From a virus, in IMG/VR virus record IMGVR_UViG_3300037391_000010, positions 91,418 to 155,417 of that record: a DNA stretch of 64,000 nucleotides. One strand, written 5' to 3'. A model generated the notes under the pieces. That model saw only the letters and a program-made list of their open reading frames with translations. It was not told the origin of the DNA and searched no databases. Of the stretch, positions 46,058 to 58,116 are shown piece after piece. Positions within the stretch are counted from its first letter, which is position 1, and each line of letters starts with the position of its first letter. Position numbers and translations under genes: made by a program.

Positions 46058-48714
46058 TTCTTCAATGCCAGTTTCGAAAGCTTACAGACTTCGGGTTCGC
46101 GGGTGCCGTCAGGGTCGTCGCAATGAGTGCTCAGCCACTTGAAATAGTCAAGCGCCGTGGTGTGGAAGCCCTCGTTCCATTTGACGACGGCCCAATTGTA
46201 ACCGCTCACAGTCCAGCCGGAATCGTCGGTCAACGCATACCATTCCCACGCTGTGGCATCCGCGTTTTGCGGATGAGTGAGAATCTTGTTAAACCTGTCT
46301 ACCCACTGCTGGTGCTCTTTCTCGTGATGCTTCCGCACGTGCTGTGGCGGTGTAGTCAGCGGTGCGATGGTCTGAGCCTGTGCCAATGACGGGAGGATCA
46401 GTAAAGCCAACCATAGTTTCATCACGCCCTACCTTCCAAGATCATTTCACGTGCTGTCCGCAGGTCGGACTCCCGTTCAGCCATTTTCCACCACTTGAGG
46501 AATCCCTCCACCCCGCCGCCCCGTCTCCATGTCAGATGCTTCAAGGTCGGGAAGAACTTGTAATATTTGAACGGTTCCGTCTGGTGGATAATCCAATTAC
46601 ACGGCGGCTTTTTCGTGAAGTCATTAGGTGTCAGCTTGCGCCCCAACCTTTTCGCCAAGCACGGGAGGCAGACGTTCTCATTATACGTGAGCCCCGCCTT
46701 CTTCCACACGCTATCTTTCGCCATGTAGACGTAGTGCGGATACGGTGTCGGTATTTTGCAGTCCTGACAGCCCCAACCCATTTATCCCCCGTGTCCCACG
46801 GCAGCGTAAGAAGTCTTGACGGAGCCCAGCTTATGAACAGGCGGCTGCCAGCCGATGTCTACGTGCCAGACATACCCTTGCTGACGTTTGTGGGCGACCT
46901 CTTCACGTATGCCGACCGCCGCTGGGTGGGAAAGGCGGATAGCCGTGTAGAAATCTCCGTGATTTCTGCGGATATGCAAGCCGCGTTTCGCAATGAGCAG
47001 TGGGAACGGGGCGGTTTCGACGTACTGCCTCGCCGTCCAATCGATCAGGACGTTTTTCGTGCCCACGATGCTATGCCAGTCCGCCCGAACCTCACCCATC
47101 TCATTCAGGCCATTCCTGTAAATCTTCGGACAGAGCCCGATGCTCGGCCCGACCTCGAATTCAAACCTGTGGATACCGAAGCGGCTAATCAGGAGCGAGT
47201 CCACCTGATTGACGAACTTCATAAACTCGGCGGTAGCATCGCAGCACTGGTACAGGGCACCAGCTTGCGTGTTGTACTTGCTGAAGTCCAGCTTGAACCT
47301 CTCAATGAGCGACTTGAGTTCTTTCGAGAGCATTCCCTTCCTCCGTTTTAGGCTCGTACAGGTACGCGGAGCCGATAAGTTGGTGCTTTGTTAAGGGCAG
47401 CTTGCAAAAATGCAAATCGGGTTGGTCTCCCCATGCGATAAGGGGTATTCTACGCTTCATGCAGATGGTAAGCAACTCGGGGTTTCGTCCGACGTAGTAT
47501 CGCGGCCCGTATGGAAGTTTCAGACCATCATAGCCGGGACGGTGGTCGATGGCGAATAGGTGCAGGGCAATCACAGCGTCGATCTTACGGTAACGCTGGA
47601 TGGCATCGAACGCATCCCCCTTCTTAGGCAGGGTAGCCATGTCGTAGTGATCCAAATCGCCTGCGATGATGCGTTGCCCCAGTGTCCGCCAGCCATTCTC
47701 AATCAGCCAGTCCGAGATACACTCCAGAGCACGTTCGTCGTACTCGGCGTTGTTCTTACCGATGCAGATGATGCGACTCAATCGCCCTCCTTGAAAATGC
47801 CGAGCCAAACCTTCTTGTCTTCCTTCTCGTGCAGGTTGTTCCAGTCCTGCGAAAGCTTGTGGGTCTTCTTCGGGAAATGCTTCTTCTGAATCTGCTTCAC
47901 CCACTCGGCTGCCAACACCATGTTGTCGAACTTCTTGTCGAACTGCTGGCCGCGACACTCCTTGTCGTCCCAACATTCTTGCCAGACTTCATCCTTGTGG
48001 TTCCAGATCGCGTTGCTATCTTCTTTGAGGGTGACGTAGTAGTGCCGCCCGATGCCCCAGAAGCCCATTACGGTGACTTCCACGTGGCGCTTACGGCGTC
48101 TGTTGTCGTACCAGCGAACCCATGGCTTCGGGATTTCTTTCAGCTTCCCGCCATGCCGCCATTTCGTTCCGCCGCTCGGAACTGTGTACTTGCGTGTTTT
48201 CATTTCTTGCCCATTTTCTTGATGACATCGATCCAGCCCGCCGTCTGACCTTCGGACTTCCGAGGCTTCGGTTTGCGTGCCATCTTGAGGGTCACCGCAC
48301 ACTTGGGGCAATACGCCGCCCCGTCTCTGAACCGCCAGCCACGAGCCCTCGCATCCTGCATACAGTCACCTTCGGTGTGCCCCGTGAACTGATGGGGAAA
48401 CTCCCGAAAGCCGTGCTGAGGCTCGCCCTCTTCACGGTCGCAATACAGATCGAGTGTGTAGCAGCCGACGATCACCAGTCTCTCCTCTTAAGTTCTTCCG
48501 ACAATCGCTCAACTTCGCATATCAAGCACACAATGTGCTTGCCGCCGTCTTCGGTACGGGAATATTGTTCAGGATGTCCGCAAAGGGATTTCGACTCCGC
48601 TAGAGACTGATAGAATTGAATCGTCTCCAATAGGTCGTTGACGGTGTACTGTGCCCCGCTCACCCAACGCATATCCCCGTCGATCTGAGCGACTTGTCTT
48701 GGGGTGAGGATCAT
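46054..48714 (-). other. Small hypothetical CDSs (46054-46425 with signal peptide, 46422-46781, 46782-47333 with possible C-H-D triad, ~47302-47780, 47778-48203, 48200-48475, 48472-48714)
   Basis: Coupled ORFs. 46782-47333 has 'C...WH...IDWTARQY', resembling papain/transglutaminase-like folds. Confidence 0.55.
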
Positions 48715-50012
48715 TTTGTGTCCTCATCGCAAACGACTTGCCCTTCATCCTTCAAAAAGATAAACCGCTTCGGCACGCTGGCTTTCAACGTCAGCATTGG
48801 TTTGCCGTCGTAGTAGTCGCCGTAGTAGTCATAGAGTTTTTCCGGGCCGCTGTAGGCACAGGTGGTGAATAAAATTTCGTCGGCAAATAACCCCGTAGGC
48901 AGCTTCACTTGTCTGCCTGTGTACCACGGGACGACAGTATCTATCTCCCCTGACCGCAAGGTGATGACAGTTTCAGCCGTGACTGTCTTGCAAATCGCTT
49001 TGGGAGTGCCGTCGCCTCGAATGTTCCAGTAGTTGCAAGTGTACACGTCTTGATCGCCTACGGAAACTTCCACGTCGGTGCCGCGTATGCCGATGGTTCC
49101 TGTGGGGACTTTAATTTTTTCGTTCATCGTCCTGCTCGGCATCGCTTTGCCCGTCACCCAACGGAAAACCCCTTTGGTTATCCTAGCCGTGATCTTGCCT
49201 ACGGACGTGTTGGGGTCGTACACAAATTCGTCGAGAACCATGTCGGAGTTAGGCCCCATAGTGAAGGTAGTTCCGTCCAGCAACGTGAATTGCACGTGAC
49301 TGTCAACCCCCGTTCTGATGTGTGCGTTTTTCCAAACTACATCGCTGGGCTGTAACTGCCTGAGACAACAATCATCACTTGAGACCAACCAAACACTCCC
49401 GCTGATCGTACCCACTTCCCCAATCTTGTTCAAACGTATTTGCTCTCTCGCCTCCGCAGCCATGCGTGCGAGTGCCGCCTCATTCGCTTGATGCTGGCGC
49501 TCCATTTCGGCTTCCGCCTCCTGCTGGCGTTTCCGTTCTGCGGCTGCCGCTTCATTTCTCTGAGCCGCCTGAGCATCCTCAATCAACTTTCGAAGCTTTT
49601 TCCCATTGACACCCTCGCCCCCGTAGCCGAGAACCATCTGCATCGATGAGACGACTCCATCGTAGTTGCCTTCCTGCATCAGGCAGATCGCGTAGTTGTA
49701 GTGCGCCATGCCATAGTACCAATCTATGTTCATGGCTTGAACCAAGGTAAGCTTGGCTGACGCGCAATCGCCAGCGTTGATCTGGGCGACCGCTTCGTTG
49801 TTCAAATCGACCAGTTGGTTGTGGCGGATTTGAGCCGCCGAAAGTCCACTGCTTCTCGAACCACCCCCACCGCCGTTGTTATTTCCGCCGCCCGAACTAG
49901 GGCAGTCACCCGTTGTGGGGGGAGCCCCATTGGGGCAGCTATGTGACACACTTTGTGCCGATGCCGCCACGCACAGTACCAGTGCGATCAGAATTAAATA
50001 GAGTCCTTTCAT
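48711..50012 (-). CDS. Secreted TPR + FecR-domain protein
   Basis: Signal peptide; TPR 'AHYNYAICLMQEGNYD'; FecR 'IRTGVDSHVQFTLLDGTTFTMGPNS...GTIGIRGT'. Confidence 0.85.
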   Translation of the reverse strand: MKGLYLILIALVLCVAASAQSVSHSCPNGAPPTTGDCPSSGGGNNNGGGGGSRSSGLSAAQIRHNQLVDLNNEAVAQINAGDCASAKLTLVQAMNIDWYYGMAHYNYAICLMQEGNYDGVVSSMQMVLGYGGEGVNGKKLRKLIEDAQAAQRNEAAAAERKRQQEAEAEMERQHQANEAALARMAAEAREQIRLNKIGEVGTISGSVWLVSSDDCCLRQLQPSDVVWKNAHIRTGVDSHVQFTLLDGTTFTMGPNSDMVLDEFVYDPNTSVGKITARITKGVFRWVTGKAMPSRTMNEKIKVPTGTIGIRGTDVEVSVGDQDVYTCNYWNIRGDGTPKAICKTVTAETVITLRSGEIDTVVPWYTGRQVKLPTGLFADEILFTTCAYSGPEKLYDYYGDYYDGKPMLTLKASVPKRFIFLKDEGQVVCDEDTK

Positions 50013-52078
50013 ACTTCCTCCCTGAACTGCCAATTGTTTGCGATGCATGTCCGACACCCCAGATCGTTGTGGCGGTTGCAGTGCTGGTGCTTTCGCTCGT
50101 CGTCGATAGGGTCGCCGTCGTTCTTCTCGTAGTCTTCCAGCATCTTGACGAATGACGCCCTGTCGCCGTTCATATAGAAATCATACCACTGATCGAGGAT
50201 GCGGTCTTGCGCTACTTCTGCGTATCCTGCGAGCCTGATGACGTTGCGGAACCGTTCCCGCAGTGATTGGTCTGGATTGGGGGGAATGGGCGTCCAGCTA
50301 TCACAGTCGTGTAGCCTCTCATGAGGCTCACGGCTATGATAGCCTTCGACCTTGCAGATACCCCGCTCCATTACTCTTTCCCTTCACCCTCGGTCAACGC
50401 CAGCCCCCGCTTGAACGTGCTCTCAGGCAAGCTGGCTTGGACGGTCGAGATGCCGATGTCGCGGAGCCGCTGTTGCGTGATGCCCTCGAATTCGATCAGG
50501 GCCTCGCTCATCTTGTTCTCCATCGTCTCGTCGAAGCACTTCTCGACGTAGGGCAGGTTGCTCTGGATCGCCATGACAGCGTGCTCCAGCCCTTCGATCA
50601 AGACCTTCTGCTCGCCCTTGTTCAGAGTTTTGTTCCCGGGCAGGTTGCTTTCCTTGAGCGTCTTGAGCAGTTCTTTCAGGGTCTCCGCAGCCTTGCCGAC
50701 CGTCTTCTTGATCTCGTCGCGGAACTCGCTGGTGAAGTGCGTCGGCTCAGGTGTCTTCTCAAGCTGACGCCCGTCGATAGAGCGGAGCGTGCAGGGCGTA
50801 CCCGTGCCATCGCCAAAAGAACTGACGAAGCGAGCCCATTGAGCCTCGGTCATGAAAAGGTCGCAGACAGGCATACGGCTCGAAGAAGAGACCCAATCAT
50901 GCGACAGGCTGCGGTGCATCTCAGCGTGCCTGATCTCGACATGGACGAAGTGTTGGTGCTCGGCGTCGGAGCCGAACAGGTATCCCCGCCCGCTGCATCG
51001 GCTGACGGTCACCGCGCCATAGGACTCGTGCTCGTAGACCTTGCCGTCCTCAATGTGCGATTTCTTGGTCGTCGATTCCATTAGACCACCACCTTTCCCG
51101 CATCGGCATTCTCGATGGCGAGTATGCCCTCGGTTTGGATTTTGGCACCAGCTTTGCCGATCACAAACTGACTAACTAAAACGCGAACGTAGCTCACTAC
51201 GTCGCCAGCCTGCCCGAAGGCAAAATGAGCGCAACGAGAATTCTCGGGGCGTTGAGCATTCGTCATGGGCGGGTTCTGGTAGTCGCGTTTGCCGAGCCAA
51301 TCAATGACGCAAATGTTGTCGCAGGAGCCGTGCTGTGTGATCGTGAAGTACAGAACAGGGTCCTCGACTCTGGCGAAACTCTTGACCACGAATACGAAGC
51401 CGTAGGCACCGCCCGCGAAGTTGTAGAACGGATACGTAAAGACATCGAACTTTTCCGCGACCTTTTCGAAGTTGTCGTAATCCGCTCCAGTGAAGCCGAG
51501 GCAAAAATCGCCCTCACCAAGGATGTTCAAGACCGCCCAAATTTGAGCGGGAATGCCGAGATTTCTGTCTCCGAGTTTCATAGTTTTATCTCCTCGATTT
51601 CTTCCATTATACCGTAAAAATTGTCGTGCTTCATGCCTATTACTTTCACGCCTTCGCCAAGCTGGAGCAGGTGCAGAACCGTGCCGCCCTTCACCACCTT
51701 GGTCTCGCCTTCCTTGTCGCACACCGTGCCGCTGACGAACTTGATGTCACCCTTCGTGACGATCTTCGGCTGTTCGAGGTACACCGCCTGCTTGCTGGAC
51801 GGATGCAGTACCTTGACGTACCCGAATTTGAGTTCCTCAGTCGCCATCAGCTAACTCCAGTTCAGCCACGTCACATTTGAAACTCTCGTCGTCCATCAGT
51901 GTCGTCAGGTCGTGCTCATGCCGATCTGTCGTGCAAACCTTGCGGAACTCGGGCTTGTACGCCTCCGCACCCTCAGCCGTGCGGAACAGTCGCTTCGAGG
52001 CCATCGTCCACACCCCATCGTCCACACCCCATCGACCCACGACCGTCGCCCGCTCACCCTGAGTTGAAACAGTTTCAC
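50009..52078 (-). other. Hypothetical CDSs (50009-50371, 50371-51081, 51081-51581, 51578-51847, ~51837-52078)
   Basis: Coupled ORFs; a TATAAT promoter (51606-51611) precedes 51581. Confidence 0.6.
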
Positions 52079-52419
52079 AGCGTCTCCCGTAGGCGTTCGA
52101 TGTAGAACTTCGAGTCCTTGAGTCCCGCACTCGTCAACTCGCGAGCCCGCTTGATGGCATTGATGAACGGGTCGCCGGGGAACGGCTCCTCGCCGCGTAT
52201 CTTGCCCCGCAAGATGTTCTTCAACTCGGTAACGTACTTTCGCGGCAGGGTGTCCAGAGTGAATTCTGGGATGTCCCTCTGCAATCGGTACGAGGCTTGC
52301 CCCCGCTCGAAGGCGTCATGCTGAGCCGCCTGAAACTTTTCGATCAGGGTGTCGCCGAAATTCTGAGACATCCACCGTTGCCCGCGCACGAATTCGCAAA
52401 ACTCGTCATGATGGTTCAT
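52075..52419 (-). CDS. Protein with ribosomal L7/L12 C-terminal-domain-like motif
   Basis: 'INAIKRARELTSAGLKDSKFYIE' resembles bL12 'I.VIK.VR..TGLGLKEAK.LVE'. Confidence 0.65.
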   Translation of the reverse strand: MNHHDEFCEFVRGQRWMSQNFGDTLIEKFQAAQHDAFERGQASYRLQRDIPEFTLDTLPRKYVTELKNILRGKIRGEEPFPGDPFINAIKRARELTSAGLKDSKFYIERLRETL

Positions 52420-53055
52420 TTGACCCTCGTAAGATTTTCGCCGTCCCACTCGAAACGGATGGCGGATTTGGTATCCCAGAGCCTCGGGCTCTCCAGCGTT
52501 ACGCCGTCAGGCTTCACATAGACGCAGCCCTCGCCGTCCACATTCCACCAGCAACGGATATCTTGGTCGATGTAACGTTTGCGGTTCTTATCATGGTGCC
52601 AGTCTTCCTGCTTGTACCACGGCTGCACCAGCGCGTTGATCGCGGTCTTAAGCTTCCGAGGGAAGGCGTCCCGCTTCGTCGGCTTCGTTCGAATGACGAT
52701 GAAGTTCGAGCCCTTCTCAGGCTCGGTGAATGTGCCGTAGACGCTGAACGCCATGTAGTCGCCATCCTCACGCTCTTCCATACGCCCGATACGACCGTCG
52801 CGGGTTCGCGTGTACAGGATTAGGAATGACTTTTTCACCGTGCTTCTCCCACGATCTGATTCATGTTCACCGTGATGTGGCCGCCTAGCTCGTTCTTCAT
52901 TACGACCGATCCCCGGCGATCAGGCTTCTGAAACGCCTGCATCCGCAGGGTCATGGGGGTTCGACGTGTGGAGAATGGCGGGATAGCTACCTCATACCAT
53001 TTGCCCATCGTCAGGGACTTCACCGTTTGTTCCAAGTTGTAGCGATCTACGATTT

Positions 53056-53853
53056 TCATAGTTGGCTCCTGAAATCCTTGTTGACCACGATCTGGCTGAG
53101 TAAGCACTCGGCGGGCATCTTGTCGGTGCGAATCCGCTCCATGTGAATCTCCATGATGTGCATATTCCGCGTGCCCTTGTTGTACTTCACTTCAACCACG
53201 TCACCCTTCTTCGGGTGGAAATTTAGAATCTTGGCTCCGCAAACTTCACGCAGGATGCCGCGATCATCGTAGCACGCGAGGCGAACGCTGTGGTGACCCT
53301 TGGGACAGGGGCCGATCACAACCGCATCCAGTGTCTTCCAGAACTTCACCTTGAAATGTTGCCCAGACTTGCCCTCGACATACGAGGCCGTCATGTCTCG
53401 CCCGATCACGCCCTCGGCTCCCTCTTCGAGTAACTGGATCACCAGTTGAGCCTTCGCTTCATGCGTGCGGGCGGTGTATACGGGCTGGATCAGCTTGCTG
53501 AACCCATCGAACTCCTGATGGTAACGGGCTTCGCGATGCTCGTAAGAATTCGCACCACACATTTCGTCGCCCAGAACCAGAGCGTCGAACAGCTTGAAGG
53601 TTTTGTTGCCGACTAGCTCGCCTGCGATAATGAATTGGTGGAGGGGATGGTTCTTGAGAACAGCGATTAGGTCGCTTGGTAGACCCTTGGCAGGGTCGCC
53701 GTTGCGATTGAAATCGTGGATGCCGCTCGAATCCTTGCAGATGGTGCGATACTCGCCGTTGAACTTTTCTTGATAGCCCCAACGCGGGTCGGGGCAATAG
53801 CGAGTTAGAACCGCTTTGTCTACTTCGACAGGTAGGTCTGCACGGATCGCCAA
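53056..53853 (-). CDS. Minimal ATP-dependent DNA ligase
   Basis: Motif I 'QEKFNG', 'AGELV', 'LFDAL', 'EGVIGR', 'KVK' and an OB-fold C-terminus; TTG start with GGAGG RBS. Confidence 0.82.
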   Translation of the reverse strand: MAIRADLPVEVDKAVLTRYCPDPRWGYQEKFNGEYRTICKDSSGIHDFNRNGDPAKGLPSDLIAVLKNHPLHQFIIAGELVGNKTFKLFDALVLGDEMCGANSYEHREARYHQEFDGFSKLIQPVYTARTHEAKAQLVIQLLEEGAEGVIGRDMTASYVEGKSGQHFKVKFWKTLDAVVIGPCPKGHHSVRLACYDDRGILREVCGAKILNFHPKKGDVVEVKYNKGTRNMHIMEIHMERIRTDKMPAECLLSQIVVNKDFRSQL

Positions 53854-53870
53854 GAGTTCCCCTCCAGTGT

Positions 53871-53897
53871 CATTATACCCAAAAAGAGAGGTAAATC
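53871..53897 (-). promoter_or_regulatory. Conserved promoter element
   Basis: GATTTACCTCTCTTTTTGGGTATAAT. Confidence 0.7.
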
Positions 53898-53923
53898 TCT
53901 AGCTTTTATGCCTTTGTTTTCAG

Positions 53924-54196
53924 CTATTTGGAGACCAATTTTCGAGCGGCAAACGCGATGCCCACGATTTCGGCTGCCATAACCACCGCGAAGATCAGAA
54001 GACCCAACCCGCCGCCCTCGCCGCCCGTCAGTTTGCCTGCGGCGACCATCGGGATGAAGAAGAACAGGAAGATGCCAGCGGCGACAAAGGGGAAGGCAAC
54101 AATTACGCCGAGCACCTTCGCCCACCACGCCATTTCTTTCTTTGGTGGTGCGAACGATTTCTGAGACGGGAGGAAACCGTATCTGGACTTGCTCAT
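53924..54196 (-). CDS. Two-TM membrane protein
   Basis: Two long hydrophobic helices. Confidence 0.65.
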   Translation of the reverse strand: MSKSRYGFLPSQKSFAPPKKEMAWWAKVLGVIVAFPFVAAGIFLFFFIPMVAAGKLTGGEGGGLGLLIFAVVMAAEIVGIAFAARKLVSK

Positions 54197-54392
54197 TTCT
54201 TCGCCGCCTTCGCTCGCTCTTTCTCCAGTGCCGTCACACAGCCTTTGCAGTTATCGGGGCTCAGGTCGCCGCCCTGCTCGAAGTCGTTGCCGAATGTCAT
54301 CCACCGCTTGCACAGTGAACGCCCGCCTCGGAAGTAATGCCACTTGGGTGAGTTGTAGAGGTACGTCCAGCCCTCGGTCGGTTTGATTGCCT

Positions 54393-55247
54393 TTAGCTCC
54401 ATATTTGTGCAAACTCCTCGGGCGTCCAGCCCACCAGATCGCTCACCTGCCCGTCGCCACATTCTACCACACGCGGCGTGAAGTCTGCACGTGTGGCGAT
54501 GTCAACGGAGAAGAACGGGGCCGTGATGCGGTGCGCTACTTCGTTCGCCAGCGGAAGGTAGCTGGTGTTCGCCACGATGTTGAAATTGGTGTCGATCTTC
54601 GGGGCAAACACCTTCCCGTTGACGACAAAGAAACGAATCTCGGTCTGCGGGATGTACTCCTCGAACTGGCGGATGCACAGACCGCCTTCGATGGTGCCCC
54701 GGAACTTCGCCATCTCTTCCACGACGCGGCGTAGGTCGGCGGCACTGCGAACCATGGAGCCGCCAGCCGTCTTGAGGGACTTCACGTAGTCCTTCACGAA
54801 GCACTCACGCCAGCCCGTGCGCTTTAAGTTCCGCTCGAAGAACCGATCCCAGAGTTCGTCGGTATCGTCGAAGTCGATGGTCTCTTTCGGAAACACGAGG
54901 GTTTCCGCCGTCATGTCGCTGAGCATGACATGCCAGTTCGGAATGTGGTGCGTCTGGTAATACTGCTCTTTGGTCGTGCGGAGCGTGCCGCCGTACCAGT
55001 CGGCCAACTCTTCCATCCTGTCGTATTCATGCTCGTTGAGCATCCAGCCGCGATAGACGATATTGTCCTGCTTGAACGGGGTCTGTGCGACCAGACCGCC
55101 CCGAGGCGACCAGACCGAATCATCTTCGAGATTGAGTATGGCGTAGCCATAGCCAGCATCGGTCAGGGCCTTCGCCTGTAGTTGGAAGTCACAGTCGATG
55201 ACACGATGGTTCAACGGATCAGCGGGGAACAGGAAATATGGTTTCAT
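54393..55247 (-). CDS. ATP-grasp domain protein (R2K/DUF4343-like)
   Basis: 'YRGWML...FVKDYVKSLK...EIRFFVVNG...FFSVDIA...VVECGDGQVSD'. Confidence 0.82.
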   Translation of the reverse strand: MKPYFLFPADPLNHRVIDCDFQLQAKALTDAGYGYAILNLEDDSVWSPRGGLVAQTPFKQDNIVYRGWMLNEHEYDRMEELADWYGGTLRTTKEQYYQTHHIPNWHVMLSDMTAETLVFPKETIDFDDTDELWDRFFERNLKRTGWRECFVKDYVKSLKTAGGSMVRSAADLRRVVEEMAKFRGTIEGGLCIRQFEEYIPQTEIRFFVVNGKVFAPKIDTNFNIVANTSYLPLANEVAHRITAPFFSVDIATRADFTPRVVECGDGQVSDLVGWTPEEFAQIWS

Positions 55248-55886
55248 GGTTTGCCTACCAGTTCGAGATTGTTCTGCACCAACCACTCTCCGAACGATGC
55301 CGTGATCTGAGCCTTTTCATACAGCCTCGTCGCTCTGTCGAAGCCGACAAGTTTCTTGTCACCGCGAAGATAGCCCCGAAGACGCAAGAGTGGTATGTCT
55401 AGGCCGCACCCGCCGCACAGGATACGCCCGTCAACCAGTTTCGTCTCAGGCGTAGCGCAAATTGGGCATGGGTCCTTACCCATCAGAATGTTTCCCCTTT
55501 CAGGCGCGTGATCTCCTGTTGCTGCTTGGTGATTTGCTTGCTCAAAGTCTGGACGCGGTGGTCACGCATCTGAGCGAGACTGCCGAGTATGTAGCTCGGG
55601 ATACTGTAGCCCGCCCGCTTCGCCGCAGGATAAAACTCAAGCTGAAATGATAGAGCGGCGTCGGAGCCTTCGCCGTTGCACGGCCAGCTTCGTCCTCTGC
55701 CGAGGACATCCCACACCACGAGCGTACTGAACACTTCGCGGACTGCGGTGTCTGTGCAGTCATCCCTCAGGTCTCGTTGCAGGCGGCGATCACCTTTCGC
55801 GAGTTCCTCTAATTGCTTTGGCGTGAAGATGACGCCGTAGTTCTTCTCCATCTCATTCCTGAGTTGTGGGTACTTTTGGCGTTTCA

Positions 55887-56327
55887 TCAGTATGTCCCCC
55901 AATACTTCCGCTCGAAGCCGCCGATGGTCGTGTCGCCGAGGAACGGTTCCCATACCGTATCGAACAGGCAGTTCTCGGGTGCGTTGAAGAAGATCGGTGC
56001 GATCTGCTCTTTCGTCCAGCCTGCAAAGCCGCAGCCGATCTGGGTGATCTGAAATAGCTCAGAGTTCTCAGGCTTCCTGAACATGTCCGCGTACAGCATG
56101 AATGACCTGATGTAGTAGTCCACCCGTTTAAGGGGAATCTCCCACCCGGGACGGCCTACTGGCACGTGGCAAGTCGGGATGCCGAAGCAGTTGCCCTGCG
56201 GCCCGAAGCCCTGATGCAGGATGGCTCCGTGCTTGTCGCGGGCGACCTTCGCCGCCCCGCCGCCGTGGATACCCTGCTCGTTGCTGCCGAACACGAAGAT
56301 CATCGGCTTAGGTTCGATTGGCGTCAT
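55887..56327 (-). CDS. A1S_2505-family phage protein (macrodomain-like)
   Basis: 'IFVFGSNEQGIHGGGAA...GPQGNCFGIPT...F.IT.IGCGFAG'. Confidence 0.78.
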   Translation of the reverse strand: MTPIEPKPMIFVFGSNEQGIHGGGAAKVARDKHGAILHQGFGPQGNCFGIPTCHVPVGRPGWEIPLKRVDYYIRSFMLYADMFRKPENSELFQITQIGCGFAGWTKEQIAPIFFNAPENCLFDTVWEPFLGDTTIGGFERKYWGTY

Positions 56328-57453
56328 CGCGCTAACCTCTGATCGGTCACGATGTAGGGCTGACGGTACATCGTCTGGCACTTGTCCAGTGCGTAGCCAT
56401 CGTTCGTGGCGATCTCGCGCTTCGGAGCCTTCTCCAACCGTTTCAGGAATTCCTTCCCGTTAGCAGCACCGTATACCCGTAGGCCGAGGGCGACGATCAT
56501 GAAGCCGCCGAAGATGCCTACGATGCCGCTCGACCACGGGCTGTCGAGGTAGGGCTGGAGAATGAACCCATGCGAAGTTCCAATCACGATGACGATTAGC
56601 GACCAGCACACCGCCGCCAGAACGAAGATTGAGAACAACAACTTAGCTTTCATATTCGCCTCCCATGTTCAAAAGATAGGCCATCGCTTCCACGACGGTC
56701 GGCGTGACGTTACGGTCGAGAGCAATCGCCGACATCAGCTTGTACCGCTTGGCGTAGTCCACTAGCTGGTGCTTCGAGCCACGGCCTGCTTGGTACTCGA
56801 ATTCCACCCACTCGATACGACGGTCGATAATGTCAAACGGGTTATCTTTGCTCTGTCTCGGTGTCATTCGCCCGCTCCAACGCCCTTAGCTTTGACCTCT
56901 TCGGTTAACCAGCAGGGCTTGCTGTTTGCAAACATCAAGGTTGCCTCCGTCGCCAACGCTGCGACCACTTGCTCGTCAGATAGCGGCTTCGGTTCTACCT
57001 TCGGCTCTGGGAATTTCGCCATCAGCCGATCTAAAAATTCGTTCATCTGTTTTTCGATTTCCCGATTGCTGACCTGTGAAGAGATTCGCGGGCCGAATGA
57101 CTGGCTTATATTTGCAGGCTTGCGAACTGGCAGAGCGGTCGGCTGCTCGTAGAACGAGGACAATGGAACCACGGTCGCCTCGCCTTTGCGTCGATCATTT
57201 TTGCGCCGATCTTCTGCACGCCGTTCGTTTATTTCTTCAAGAAAAGGCATATTCTCCTCAGGCTGTCGCGTGCTTTCTGACGGGCTTGCCCGTCGATGTC
57301 GTGTGCCCAAGCTGAGCACTTTCAGGATGCCGACCGCCGCAATCAAAGGCTTCTTGCCGATGGGCGTGCCGTACAGATAGATGACGGCCTTACGCAATTT
57401 CTTGGCGTAGTAAGACTTCGACCTCGCCGCCCTCTTGAGTTCTTTGTTTGTCA

Positions 57454-58059
57454 TTACTGTTTCCCCCTGAGTCCTAGCCAGCGGTCGCCGCCGATCCCCG
57501 TGTAGCTGTGTTTCGTACCGAGGCGGAAACCGATGGAGAACAGTTCGAACGCAAATGCGATGTTGCAAAATCCGTGCTTCCCTGTTGGGTTGGACAAGTT
57601 CTCAGCCCATTCGTTGATAATCGGGGGAACCATCCCTTTGTATGCCGCAGGGAAATTTACCGTGATGCTCACGCCCTGCTTGTCGGCTTTGATAATAGAA
57701 ACGTTCGGCGTCTCGTCTGTAATCGAGTCGCCCGTGGCGTTGAAGTAATGCGTCATAAACCAGCCAAGTCTAGCTTTCGGTAACTGCACTCGGATGCTGG
57801 CTTCGTTTTGCAGCATGTCGAAAAAGTCGGCGTACTCTACCTGCTCTGCAAAATGTGTGGTTGTTTTCGGGCTCGGCTCAAAATGCGTGCGTAGCGAGGG
57901 GGCCTCATCTAACGAGGTTTCGGGCTGGTTTTTTCGTAGTCCGATTTTATCGTAATTCACGGTGTACGTTTGCGTGGTTGCGTCGAAGGAATCCACCGTC
58001 CCCTTGACGCCATTGATCTTAGCTTTGACCCGTGATCCGATCTCAAACCGATTCGCCAT
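57454..58059 (-). CDS. Hypothetical protein with N-terminal SH3/KOW-like domain; probably leaderless
   Basis: 'FEIGSRVKAK...GTV...YTVNYD'; TATAAT ends 5 nt before the ATG. Confidence 0.65.
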   Translation of the reverse strand: MANRFEIGSRVKAKINGVKGTVDSFDATTQTYTVNYDKIGLRKNQPETSLDEAPSLRTHFEPSPKTTTHFAEQVEYADFFDMLQNEASIRVQLPKARLGWFMTHYFNATGDSITDETPNVSIIKADKQGVSITVNFPAAYKGMVPPIINEWAENLSNPTGKHGFCNIAFAFELFSIGFRLGTKHSYTGIGGDRWLGLRGKQ

Positions 58060-58097
58060 ACCCCATTATACCCAAACGGAGAGGTAAATCGATAGGA
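58060..58097 (-). promoter_or_regulatory. Conserved promoter element
   Basis: TCCTATCGATTTACCTCTCCGTTTGGGTATAATGGGGT-ATG. Confidence 0.75.
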
Positions 58098-58116
58098 ATT
58101 GTGCCTTTGTTTTCAG